From Octopus vulgaris (taxonomy: Eukaryota), in contig OX597840.1 in NCBI GenBank assembly GCA_951406725.2, positions 5,332,001-5,396,000 on the forward strand: a DNA stretch of 64,000 bases. The letters run 5' to 3'. Numbering within the stretch: position 1 is the first letter of the stretch; each line of letters starts with the position of its first letter. The translations under genes were made by a program, and so were the position numbers. The notes beneath the pieces are model-generated. The model saw only the letters and a list, made by a program, of their open reading frames with translations, was not told where the DNA came from and did not search any database. This document shows positions 1-12,056 of the stretch, piece after piece.

Positions 1-464
1 TATATATATCAACATCATCATTATCATTCAATGTCCATTTTTCATGCTCGCATGGGTTTCACACATACACACACACACATGTATATAAGTGTATATATCG
101 TGTATATATGCATAAATATGTATATATACATGTAAAAGCACGTGGCTTAGTGGTTAGGACTTTTGGCTCATGATTGGAAGGTTGTGAGTTCGATTCCCAT
201 ATTGGCGATCTGTTGTTCCTTAAGCAAGACACTTTCTTTCACGTTGCTCCATTCCACTCAGCTGGCATGAATGAGTAGTACCTGTAATTTCAAACGGCAA
301 GCTTTGTCACACTCTGTGTCACGCTGAATCTCCCTGAATCATGCTGAATTACAGGTACATGTGTCTGTGGAGTACTCAGCCACTTGCATATTAATTTTAC
401 GAGGAAGCTGTACCACTGATCGTATCAGTGGGACCATAATTGTTGTAACCGACAGAATGCTCCT

Positions 465-828
465 ATCATCATCATCATCATCATCATCATCATCGTTTAA
501 CGTCCGCTTTCCATGGACGGTTCAACTAGGGTCTGGGGAGCCAGTAGGCTGCGCCAGGCCCAGTCTGATCTGGCAATGTTTCTACAGCTGGATGCACTTC
601 CTAACGCCAACCACTCCGTGAGTGTAGTGGGTGCTTTTTACATGCCACCTGCACAGGTGCCAGACGAGGCTGGCAACGGCCACGATCGGGTGGTGCATTT
701 TACGTGCCACCGGCACGGAGGCCAGTCGGGGTGGCACTGGTAACGGCCACATTCGGATGGTTCTCTTACATGCCACCGGCACTGGTATCACATCTACAAT
801 TTCCAATGATGTTGATCGATTTCAATTT

Positions 829-830
<2 letters not shown>
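465..830 (-). mobile_element. RTE LINE 3' UTR fragment; further copies near 37385-37755(-), 46715-46965(-), 48295-48570(+), 54800-54985(+)
   Basis: Shared ctggatgc(c)cttcctaacgccaaccactcc block and (CAT)n tail. Confidence 0.75.
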
Positions 831-883
<53 letters not shown>

Positions 884-1318
884 ACATATACATGGTTCCA
901 GGTGTCAGGCACACTGTGTGGAACCTTGGGCAAGTGTCTTCTACTATAGCCTTGGGCCAACCAAAACCTTGTGAGTGGATTTGGTAGATGGAAACTGAAA
1001 GAAGCCTGTCGTATTATATGCATGTGTGTGTGTGTATATTTTTGTGTGTCTGTGTTTGTTCCTCACCATCACTTGACAACTGATGTTGGTGTGTTTATGT
1101 CCCTGTAAATTAGTGGTTTGGCAAAAGAGATCGATAGAATAAATACTAGGCTTACGAGGAATAAGTCCTGGGGGCAATTTGTTTGAGTAAAGGCGGCACT
1201 CCAGCATGGCCACAGTCATGACTGAAACAAGTAAAAGAATAAAGGAATATATATAATGGAAATGTACTTGCATGGCAAGTGACCTGATCTGAGATCGTGT
1301 GCTAAAGCAAAAACAATT

Positions 1319-1473
1319 GCAGCATGGAATGTGTTTAAGCCATTTAAAAACACACAAAAACCCATTAGATTCACTTCAACATTTAATATTTTGGCAAATT
1401 AAATTTAAATGTTGAAGTGAATCTAATGGTTTTTGTGTGTTTTTAAATGGCTTATAAACACCTTCTACGCTGC
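1319..1473. repeat. Inverted repeat, ~68-bp arms
   Basis: 1319-1387 pairs with 1405-1473; abuts (TA)n. Confidence 0.85.
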
Positions 1474-1478
1474 TATAT

Positions 1479-1520
<42 letters not shown>

Positions 1521-1735
1521 TTTAGGCATAGGAGTGGCTGTGTGGTAAGTAGCTTGCTTACGAACCTCATGGTTACGGGTTCAGTCCCACTGTGTGGCAC
1601 TTTGTGCAAGTGTCTTCTACTATAGTCTCATGCCGACCAAAGCATTGTGAATGGATTTGGTAGACGGAAACTGAAAGAAGCTCGGCGTATATATCTATAT
1701 CTATATCTATATATATATGTATGTGTATGTTTCTG

Positions 1736-1784
<49 letters not shown>

Positions 1785-1980
1785 TTTTGTGTCTGTGTTT
1801 GTCCACCTAACATCGCTTGACACCCAATACTGGTGTGTTTACATGCCATAACTTAGCAGCTTGGCAAAAGAGACCGATAGAATAAATACTAGGCTTACAA
1901 AGAACAAGTCCTGGGGGTTGATTTGCTTGACTAAAAGTGGTGCTCTAGCATGTCCAAACAAGTAAAAGAGAGAAAAAGAG

Positions 1981-2031
<51 letters not shown>

Positions 2032-2044
2032 ATATATATATATA

Positions 2045-2732
2045 TACTTATATTAAGGGCATTACTATACATAAATGGCTCATGCTAGAGGGAACTCTTA
2101 CAGTCAAAACTACCATAATAAATAAACACTTTGTACCGAACTTGAGGGAATGCAATTCTCGAAGCACGAATTTTAAAAACAGAATTCAGCTGCATATTAT
2201 ATGATTTCATAATTAGTGCACAAAATGCACTTTTTAATCATCAGTGCAAGCATAATTCAAGACACATAAAAATGAACAAAAAATCAACATACCAGACGAA
2301 CACCAAATGTATCAAGCGTAATACATAGAATTGTTCACCCTTATATATCTATGTAGAAGGCAGGCTTTTCAAATAGCATCGTGGTACATGTGTTTATGCA
2401 GAATAAAATTCAGCACTGAATATATTTCGGTAAAATTTACAATTTGAAAATAGGATAAAATCTTTATAAGAATTTATCAAGTAGTTAGCGTGAAAAACCT
2501 CATAAGGGAAAAATCCATCAATTATTCGTCTTAAATATATTTACTTATATTAAGGGCATTACTATACATAAATGCCTCAGAGTCCTTCCTAGCATGAGGC
2601 ATTTATGTATAGTAATGCTCTTAATATAAGTAAATATATCTAAGACGAATAATTGATGGATTTTTCCCTTATGAGGTTTTTCACGCTAACTACTTGATAA
2701 ATTCTTATAATGATTTTATCCTATTTTTAAAT
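2045..2732 (-). mobile_element. Non-coding HHR-bearing element with terminal direct repeat and inverted segment (Penelope/retrozyme-like)
   Basis: TACTTATATTAAGGGCATTACTATACATAAATG at 2045 and 2542; about 2580-2732 is an inverted copy; flanked by (TA)n. Confidence 0.6.
2191..2248 (-). ncRNA. Hammerhead ribozyme candidate (type I)
   Basis: Minus strand TGCA-CTGATGA-ttaaaAGTGCAttttgTGCACTaattat-GAAA-tcatataATA-TGCA; stems I and II pair, stem III and the base of stem II are weak. Confidence 0.5.
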
Positions 2733-2998
2733 TATACCTGTATATATATATGTGTGTGTGTGTGTATATATATATATACATATATACATATGTATATATA
2801 TGTATACATATATATATATATATGTATATATGTATATATATATGTATGTATATATAGATGAATATATATGTATATATATGTATATATATATGTATATATA
2901 TATATATGTATATATGTATATATATATGTATATATATATGTATATATGTATATATATATGTATATATGTATATATATGTATATATGTATATATATGTA

Positions 2999-3037
<39 letters not shown>

Positions 3038-3136
3038 TCTTCATCATCATCACCGTTTAACGTCCATTTTCCATATATGTATATATATATGTATAAATAT
3101 ATATGTGTATATATATATGTGTATATATATATATAC

Positions 3137-3167
<31 letters not shown>

Positions 3168-3221
3168 TAACTATATATGTGTATATATATATATATGTAT
3201 ACATATATATACATATGCATA

Positions 3222-3271
<50 letters not shown>

Positions 3272-3299
3272 TATACTTATATATATATATGTATATGTA

Positions 3300-3735
3300 T
3301 ATCATCACCATTAGCATTGTCATTTAATGTTTGTTTTCCATGCTGGCATAGCTTGGAGGGTTTGACAGGTGCTGATCATCTCAGGGCTGCCCGGGCCCCA
3401 TGTCAGTCTTGGCATGGTTTCTATGGCTTGATGTCCTTCCTAATGCCAACCACTTTACAGAGTGTTCTGGATGCTTCTACACCACACCAGCATAGGTGCT
3501 TTTACCTGACATCGGCACGGGTGCTTGCTATGTGGCACGAGTACCCATGAGCGTACAAGATTAGGGTCGTTCAGCTGAAGAGAGATGTAGGGGACATGCC
3601 TGTATGCCAGGGCAACCACGATTTTACTATGGTCCCTTGTCATCCTCTCTGTGAGGCTTGGCGTCTGTAGATCCTTTCTCACCACTTCGTCCCACACCTT
3701 CCTGGGTCTGCTCCTTCCAAAACGTTCCCTCCACA
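3300..3735 (-). mobile_element. RTE-clade LINE 3' end
   Basis: GRSRPRKVWDEVVRKDLQTPSLTERMTRD plus UTR related to 61325-61550. Confidence 0.75.
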
Positions 3736-3829
3736 ATTTAGAGACAAGTACTTTTTTTAGACTACTACTACTAATGCTGCTGCTGCTGCTACTACTACTA
3801 CTACTACTACTGTTTCTAATGCTGCTTGT

Positions 3830-4395
3830 TTGTTTGGTGAGCGAAGCAGGCTTCATCCCAGAGCTCACAAAATCCCGCCTCTTTCGTGGGACAAGTCCGA
3901 AACGTGGTCCTTTGCTATTCGTAAGACCCGCAGAAGAGAAAGCAGGTCAACCCCCGACACCGAGAGCATCGACGGATGGATGAATGTGCATCCAGGCTCA
4001 GCAGTTGCGTAGAAAGTCGGGGACAAGAAGCAGAAAGAAAGAGTGAGAGAAAGTTGGAGCGAAAGTGTACAACAGGGGTCGCCACCACCCCCTGCCGGAG
4101 CCTCGTGGAGCTTTAGGTGTTTTCGCTCAATAAACACACACAACGCCCGGTCTGGGAATCGAGACTGCGATCCTCCGACCGTGAGTCTGCTGCCCTAACC
4201 ATTGGACCATTGCGCCTCCACTTGATGTTGGAGCGAAAGAGTACAACAGGGGTCGTCACCACTCCCTGCTGGAGCCTCGTGGAGCTTTGGGTGTTTTCGC
4301 TCAATAAACACACACAACGCCCATTCTGGGAATCGAAACTGCGATCCTCTGACCGTGAGTCCGCTGCCCTAACCACTGGGCGATTGCGCCTCCAC
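3830..4395 (-). mobile_element. SINE family B, duplicated head with tail type 3
   Basis: Two consecutive heads (about 4050-4220 and 4225-4395) and a 3' part unlike other copies. Confidence 0.8.
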
Positions 4396-4599
4396 TGCTA
4401 TTGCTGCTGTTGCTCATCGCTTCTAGGCATCGGGTTTCAATTATACAAAGAACAAAAACAAAAACAGATGAAAGAAATTTGAATGTAAGAGAAAAGAGAA
4501 CGAAGATTGTATGAAGAAGTAGGCTGGATTATGAAACTCCCGATGCCAGGTCTAGTGACTTTGCGGTTCAGCAATAAGAGAACAATACAATAAGTACTT

Positions 4600-4985
4600 A
4601 TTCTATTAGTAGTAGCAGCAGTAGCAGTAGTAGTAGCTGCAGTTGTAAGTAGTATAAGTTGTAGTAGGTATGGTTGTAGTAGTAGTAGTAGTAGTAGTAG
4701 TAGAGGTAGTAGCAGTAGTAGCAATACTAGTAGCTGCAGTAGTGCGTAGTAGAAATTGTAGTAGAAAGTGAAAAATTAGTTGTGGCTGTAGTGGTGGTGG
4801 TAGTAGCAGTAGTAATAGTAGAAGTAGTAGTAGTAGGAGGAGAAATAGTAGTAGTAGTAGTAGAAGTAAGGTAGTTGTAATATAGAGCTTCAGCCATACT
4901 AGTAGTTCTGTTGCAGTAGTAGCAGTAGTAGTAGTAGTAGTAGTAGCATCTTCATTAGTAGTAGTAGTAGTAGTAGCATCTGCAT

Positions 4986-5029
<44 letters not shown>

Positions 5030-5076
5030 ATAGCATCCGCATTGGTAGTAGTAGTAGCATCTGCATTAGTAGTAGC

Positions 5077-5110
<34 letters not shown>

Positions 5111-5156
5111 ATAGCATCTGCATTAGTAGTAGTAGTAGTAGTAATAGCATCTGCAT

Positions 5157-5197
<41 letters not shown>

Positions 5198-5238
5198 ATA
5201 GCATCCGCATTGGTAGTAGTAGTAGCATCTGCATTAGC

Positions 5239-5275
<37 letters not shown>

Positions 5276-5288
5276 ATACCATCTGCAT

Positions 5289-5321
<33 letters not shown>

Positions 5322-5450
5322 CAGTAGTAGTAGTAGTATCTGCATTAATAGTAGTAGTAGTAGCATCTGCATTAGTAGTAGTAGTAGCAGTAGTAGTATT
5401 AGCAGTAGTAGTAGTAGCATCTGCATTAGTAGTGGTAGTAGTAGTAGTGC
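4600..5450. repeat. (TAG)n array with periodic GCATCTGCAT interruptions
   Basis: Direct inspection. Confidence 0.9.
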
Positions 5451-6245
5451 TATGTATTATACCTGCTCACCCTATACAAAGTCCTTCTGTTTATCTGTCC
5501 CCTTTTTCAGTGTTCTTATGGGATGGATAAAAAACAAAAAAATCATTTTCATAGCATTTTTCGTTCTTTTGCTTTTCCTTTTTTTTTAATCTTTTACATA
5601 ATTCCCTTCGTTATTCTAGACCCCCACCCACCCCACCCATCCCCTAACGTGGCTGGCTGCTCTTGGTCATACTTCATAGTTTTCTGTGGTATCTAACGAC
5701 TGTGTGTAACCACTATTAATTAATCTTTTTGGTGATATTTATGTATCACAGGAGTGGCATAGGCGCAGGAGTGGCTGTGTGGTAAGTAGCTTGCTAACCA
5801 ACCACACGGTTGCGGGTTCAGTCCCACTGCGTGGCATCTTGGGCAAGTGTCTTCTGCTATAGCCCCGGGCCGACCAATGCCTTGTGAGTGGATTTGGTAG
5901 ACGGAAACTGAAAGAAGCCTGTCGTATATATATATGTATGTGTGTGTTTGTGTGTCTGTGTTTGTCCCCCTAGCATTGCTTGACAACCGATGCTGGTGTA
6001 TTTAGGTCCCCCGTCACTTAGCGGTTCGGCAAAAAGAGACCGATAGAATAAGTACTAAAAGGTGGTGCTCCAGCATGGCCGCAGTCAAATGACTGAAACA
6101 AGTAAAAGAGTAAAAGAGTAAAAGAGTATGCTTAACTTCACACACGGCTGAATGTGTGTGAATACCAGAGGACATTTTTAAATGACCTTTTTGGTGTAAA
6201 AGATATTTTATGATTGATTGCCTATATGTGTGTATGTGTGTATGT

Positions 6246-6288
<43 letters not shown>

Positions 6289-6354
6289 CCATGTGTGTAC
6301 CGTTGGCGATTTTTTTCCTTTGTCTTCCCTTCTCTGGATTTTTCCTTTTCCTAT

Positions 6355-6389
6355 GTTTCTGACGAAGAGCTCTGCTCGAAACGTAAAAC
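6355..6389 (+). ncRNA. Minimal hammerhead ribozyme (Penelope-type)
   Basis: GTTT-CTGACGA-a-GAGC tct GCTC-GAAAC-GTA-AAAC; canonical core, palindromic ACGT stem III, predicted cleavage after 6385. Confidence 0.8.
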
Positions 6390-6475
6390 CCTCCTTCTTC
6401 CCTTCCTTCCTGAGCGTCCAATAATACTATGTTTGTTCCACGTCCTCGCGTTATTGTGTTTTCATGTTTGGATTA

Positions 6476-6513
<38 letters not shown>

Positions 6514-6639
6514 TATGTTTTCCCTACACTTTATGTGCATGTGTGTGTTTGTACATGTGTGTATATATACATATATACGTACATGCATACATATATGTAT
6601 ATATATATATATATATATATGCACACACACACACACACA

Positions 6640-7550
6640 TAGAGGATGCATAAAATATTTGAGGGCAGATTTATGTTTATTATAAAAAAAACAGATATAT
6701 AATAACAGATAATAACTTTATTTATCAAAAAATGCTATGAGGATAAAAATAAACCTTCTTTTCTATAATGTCATTCAATGAAGCCACCTTCAGCTTCAAC
6801 AACTGCTTCTATATGAGATCTAAATCCCCTACATGCTCAAAGCAAGTGGTCTTGGTTCATTTTGGACATTACTCTGAGTATGGTAGCATTCAAGGAATCT
6901 TTGGTGTTATGGGTGTGTTCATTGAACTCTCTTTCAACAGCGCACCACATGTAATAGTCCAATGGATTGAGATCTGAGGAATTAGGAGGCCAAATGTTAG
7001 GGGTTATGTGATCATGAAAATTTTCAACCATCCATTCCTGTGTTACTAGAGTCATACAGAAACACATATGGCCTTTCATTGCATACACTGTCTATCCAGG
7101 GCTTAACAATTATTTTAAAGACTTCAATGTAGGTGGCAGAGTTAACTCTTAAGGCCTTGTAGAAAGAAGTAAGGAGGCCTCACATGTCCTTTATTGCTGA
7201 CAACCACTAAAACCATGACAGTTGCAGGAAATTTTGTATGCATAACACTTGGAACTTCTGTCATTTCTTCTCTTAACTTTTTGATCTTTGTGAGAGACTT
7301 TCTCGTTTGGGAAAATCCAAATCAAATCTTCTTCTACTGAATTTTTCAGTTTGTTTAAGAACCTTTTTAGATCTGATGTAGTGATTTTCTTTTGCTTTTT
7401 ATGACAAATTAACCTTTCCTTATCATATAAGACTTATTTATGATGTCTTCATGGACAACATTTCTGACTGTTCCTTCTGACACATGGAAATCTTTTGCAA
7501 TTGACCTCATAGACTTTCTGGGATTGCAATCAATGGTCTGTTGAATTTCT
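6640..7550 (-). mobile_element. Decayed Tc1/mariner-superfamily transposon (Tc1/maT-like)
   Basis: HTH fragment NPRKSMRSIAKDFHVSEGTVRNVVHED and catalytic motif IWPPNSSDLNPLDYYMW in broken frames. Confidence 0.8.
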
Positions 7551-8159
7551 GCTTTCCATTTTGGCTTGGATGGATTGACAGGAGCCAGGAAGGTCTCAAA
7601 TGACTGAAACCAGTACTGAAATGTTCTTTCAATGGTTTTTTTTTTATGGCTGGATGACCTTCCTAACTCAAATCCCCCTTCTGAGTGGACTGAGTACTTT
7701 TTATGTGAGATGAGCGCAATATACATTTGTGTGTGTGTGTGTGTGTGTTTGCCCCCACCAGCACCAACACCACTTGACAACCAGTGTTGGTATGTTTAGA
7801 TCCCCTCAACTTAGCAGTTCAAGAAATAAGACTGATAGAATTAGTACCATGCTAAAGAGATAAGTATAGCTGGGTTCAATTTGTTCAACTAAAATCCTTC
7901 AGCGTGGTGTTCCAGCATGGCCATAGTCTCAACACTGGAACAAGTAAGAAACGAAAGAAATGAAAGATAACATAGATAAAAATCTATATACGACAGGCTT
8001 CTTTCAGTTTCCGTCTACCAAATCTACGCACAAGGATTTGGTTGGCTTGAAGCTACAGCAGAAGACATTTGCCCAAGGTGCCATGCAATGGGACTGAACC
8101 TGAAACCATGCGGTCGGGATGCAAACTTCATATATCTGTCTGTCTGTCTGTCTGACTAT

Positions 8160-8203
<44 letters not shown>

Positions 8204-8220
8204 ATATATATATATATATA

Positions 8221-8697
8221 TTAATAGTTATCACCATATTAATATGGCAGTCTTATAGATATAAGACTAAAGCTGTTGCTGATTAGCTCCATGAGGCCAT
8301 CGCCTTAAGCTAGCTATTTGACACACAAACTGCGTCCATTATAACCTTCGAACAAGGGAGGTCAGCCGCTTCATCCTGCCAGTCAGACAGCTACAGACAT
8401 GTTTCAGGTTTGTTGCCCCTTATCAATGCAGCGTAGTCAGACTTGCAGGTGTCGCTACTGATCGTCTCAGTTCGAAGGCTTTATTTACCTAGTTTTGGTG
8501 GAATACATCCACTTGTTTTCAATAATAGAAATATTAAAATTACTAAGTCTCTCTAAAAGAGATTACGGCAGCGTTACTGGAAATTAATAGTTATCGCCAT
8601 ATTAATATGGCAGTCTTATAGATATAAGACTAAAGCTGTCGCTGATTAGCTCCATGAGGCCATCGCCTTAAGCTAGCTATTTGACACAAACTGCGTC
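8221..8697 (-). mobile_element. Non-coding HHR-bearing element with ~115-bp terminal direct repeats (Penelope pLTR/retrozyme-like)
   Basis: 8221-8336 is repeated at 8584-8697 (period 363 bp) with one HHR between; abuts (TA)n. Confidence 0.65.
8390..8432 (-). ncRNA. Minimal hammerhead ribozyme with U3:A8 core variant
   Basis: Minus strand GCTGCA-TTGATAA-gGGG caacaaa CCT-GAAAC-AT-GTC-TGTAGC; palindromic ACATGT stem III. Confidence 0.65.
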
Positions 8698-8798
8698 ATT
8701 TGGTCATGCAACCATTTATGCACCACTGCCTTTACATCTTCATCCATAGAAAATCGATGACCTCATTAACCATCTTTGAGCAGGAGTGGCTGTGTGGA

Positions 8799-9200
8799 GG
8801 CGCAGGAGTGGCTGTGTGGTAAGTAGCTTGCTAACCAACCTCATGGTTCCGGGTTCAGTCCCACTGCGTGGCATCTTGGGCAAGTGTCTTCTGCTATAGC
8901 CCCGGGCCGACCAATGCCTTGTGAGTGGATTTGGTAGACGGAAACTGAAAGAAGCCTGTCGTATATATATATGTATGTGTGTGTTTGTGTGTCTGTGTTT
9001 GTCCCCCTAGCATTGCTTGACAACCAATGCTGGTGTGTTTACGTCCCCGTCACTTAGCGGTTCGGCAAAAAGAGACCGATAGAATAAGTACTGGGCTTAC
9101 AAAGAATAAGTCCCGGGGTCGATTTGTTCGACTAAAGGCGGTGCTCCAGCATGGCCGCAGTCAAATGACTGAAACAAGTAAAAGAGTAAAAGAGTAAAAG
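8799..9200 (+). mobile_element. tRNA-head SINE family A, full length
   Basis: A box gtggctgtgtggtaag, B box gggttcagtccc, internal (TA/TG)n, tail gactgaaacaagtaaaaga(gtaaaaga)n. Confidence 0.9.
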
Positions 9201-9406
9201 AGAGAGAGTCCAAAGATTTGATAGTTGGAAGGGATGAGATCTGGGTTGTAGGCAGGGTGTTCTAGCACCTCAAAACCCAATTGGTTAATGGTATCAATTG
9301 TCTGGGCATCTGATGCAAATTGCTGGCTTCAGTTTGTGGGCCAGCAAAGCACTGTATCTTGCACTGTTGATCGTACACCTCTTTTCCAGGTGGTCTTCCA
9401 GTATGG

Positions 9407-9790
9407 TGGAAGCACTCCATTGGTTACGACGATGAGGGTTCCGGTTGATCCGAATCAACGGAACAGCCTGCTCGTGAAATTAACGTGCAAGTGGCTGAGC
9501 ATTTCACAGACACATGTACCCTTGACATAGTTCTCGGGGATATTCAGTGTGACGCAGAGAGTGACAAGGCCGGCCCTTTGAAATACAGGTACAACAGAAA
9601 CAGGAAGTAAGAGTGAGAGAAAGTTGAGGTGAAAGAGTACAGCAGGAATCACCCACCCCCCTGCAGGAGCCTCGTGGAGATATAGGTGTTTTCGCTCAAT
9701 AAACACTCACAACGCCCGGTCTGGGAATCGAAACGACAATTCTATGACCGTGAGTCCGCTGCCCTAACCACTGGGCCATTGCGCCTCCAC
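9407..9790 (-). mobile_element. SINE family B inserted in mariner, with target-site duplication
   Basis: TCCAGTAT at 9397-9404 and 9791-9798. Confidence 0.88.
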
Positions 9791-10283
9791 TCCAGTATAG
9801 GCCCTTTTGAGTCTGAAAGAAGGGTTAGCCTCACTTTTCCCACAGAACACAGAGTCTTGAATTTCTTCGTCGCTGGCAAGCCAGGATGTTTGCATTCCAT
9901 ACTGTCTTTTGGATTCTGCCTCATAATGATGGACCCATGTTTCATCTCCTGTGACTATTCTGCTCGAAAATTCCTCACCCTCGTTGTTGTAGCAAATTAG
10001 TAAACTTTGGCAGATCTCAAATAGATTTGGTAAGATGAAAACTGAGAGGCTCACATGTGTGTATATATGCATATATACCTACCTACTTACCTACCTACCT
10101 ACCTACATGCATGCATACATACATATATACATATACATATATACATGACCACTCCCCTAAGAACAATAGCTTGTGCCCTGTTTATCTCCTAAATACCAAC
10201 CTACCCAAAAAACGTCCCCCCTGCCACCACCACTCCATTAAATCTGCCTAAAGGCATAAATACCAGAACTTATTTTGACAGCC

Positions 10284-10334
10284 AGCTTCCTGAAGATTTC
10301 ATCTGAATGAAACAGTTCTAGTCCTGTAGAAGCT
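10284..10334 (+). ncRNA. Hammerhead ribozyme (type I, canonical core)
   Basis: AGCTTC-CTGAAGA-tTTC atct GAAt-GAAACAG ttctagtc CTGTA-GAAGCT; perfect 6-bp stem I, 4-bp stem III, cleavage after 10328. Confidence 0.8.
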
Positions 10335-10416
10335 CCTTCTATAAAATGAATTACTTTACTCTACTATGTATTGAGTACCTTATTTACTGTGGTTAACCCC
10401 GACTCAACCCGGAACC

Positions 10417-10474
<58 letters not shown>

Positions 10475-10513
10475 TACATATACATATATGTACATATATG
10501 TATGTATATATAT

Positions 10514-10587
<74 letters not shown>

Positions 10588-10806
10588 TATATATACATAT
10601 GTATATATATACATATATGTATATATATATGTATATATATATACATATATATATACACTCCTGCACACAAATAAAAGAGACACCTACAATATCATTAACA
10701 CATACATCTCACTCCTCTCTCTCACTTTCTCTGTCATTTTTCTGCCCTTTTGGCTTCTGCATGTATACACACACATCATATATATATGTATACACCTACC
10801 TACATA

Positions 10807-10913
<107 letters not shown>

Positions 10914-10997
10914 ATGTATGTGTATAGATATATGTATGTATGTGTGTATACACATTATATGCACACAGAAGCCAAAAGGGAAGAGGAGTGAGAAAGT

Positions 10998-11028
<31 letters not shown>

Positions 11029-11602
11029 TGAGATTTGTGTGTGTTGATGATGTCGTAGGTATCTCTTTTATTTGTGTGCAGGTGTGTGAAGAAAGGTGAA
11101 GGGGTCCATGTTGAGCAATCTTGACCCCTATTAAGCCTTTTAAGGGCTTAACTGTTTCCATCATTTTATCCTTTGTTTGCAGATCCAGGGGATTTGCGAC
11201 AATATCTGCAACAAATCTTGAAAATAAGATGAATATTTGTTTCAGCTCTTGAAACAAACTTTGTTGTTGTTGCTATTGTTGTTGCCCACCACCAGCACCA
11301 CCACCACCACCAACAACAACAACACCACCACTACCACCACCAACACCCTCACCAACACCCTCACCCCTGAACTTGGTACCAACTTTAGTAGCAGATTCTT
11401 GTCAATGTCGTCACTGAACTTCTACCTCCTTCTCATTCTTCTCCTTTTTCTTCCCCTTCCTCTTCATCCTTCCTCTCCTCCTCCTCCTCCCTTCTTCTTC
11501 CTCCCCTCCTCCCCTCCCCTCTCCTCTTGCCATTAACATTGTCCTTGTAATTGTTTTTGCTGTTACCATTATTGCTAATCCTTCTACTACTGTTGCAGTA
11601 AT

Positions 11603-11661
<59 letters not shown>

Positions 11662-11812
11662 CATTATCATTACTATTATTGTTATTATTATTATTGTTAT
11701 TATTATTATTATCTTTATCGTTATTATTATTATTATCATTATCATTATTATCATTATTATTATTATTATTATTATCATTATTATTATTATCACTATTATT
11801 ATCATTATTATC

Positions 11813-11856
<44 letters not shown>

Positions 11857-11960
11857 CATTATCGTTATTATTATTATTATCATTATCACTATTATTATTA
11901 TCATTATCGTTATTATTATTATTATTATTATCATTATTATCATCATTATCATTATTATTA

Positions 11961-12056
<96 letters not shown>

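Larger units (their letters stand above)
8700..10030 (-). mobile_element. Decayed mariner transposase interrupted by two SINEs
   Basis: Colinear pieces IVTGDETWVHHYE..KGPILE | DHLEKRCTINSARY..LGFEVLEHPAYNPDLIPSNYQIFG | LKD..GHRFSMDEDVKAVVHKWL. Confidence 0.85.

Noticed and set aside
2716-3550. Long YI-, L-, I-, T- or H-rich ORFs here and throughout the track
   Set aside because: They are translations of (TA)n, (TAT)n, (TAG)n and (CAC)n microsatellites that lack stops in some frames.
4489-4565. Peptide RRLYEEVGWIMKLPMPGLVTLR loosely resembling the IA-2 segment upstream of the 16219 exon
   Set aside because: In-frame TAA at 4486, purine-rich upstream with no acceptor tract, and a weak donor (gttcag).
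4900-5450. Regularly recurring GCATCTGCAT motif superficially like a CRISPR array
   Set aside because: The spacers are only (TAG)n, the context is eukaryotic and there are no cas genes.
9145-9190. SINE A tail agtca-aa-tgact-GAAAC-aa-GTA looks like half a hammerhead
   Set aside because: No CUGANGA in any copy; better explained as a LINE-derived 3' stem-loop.
10955-11257. Unique-looking ORF FVADIVANPLDLQTKDKMMETVKPLKGLIG
   Set aside because: No recognisable domain and no convincing acceptor/donor pair on either strand.
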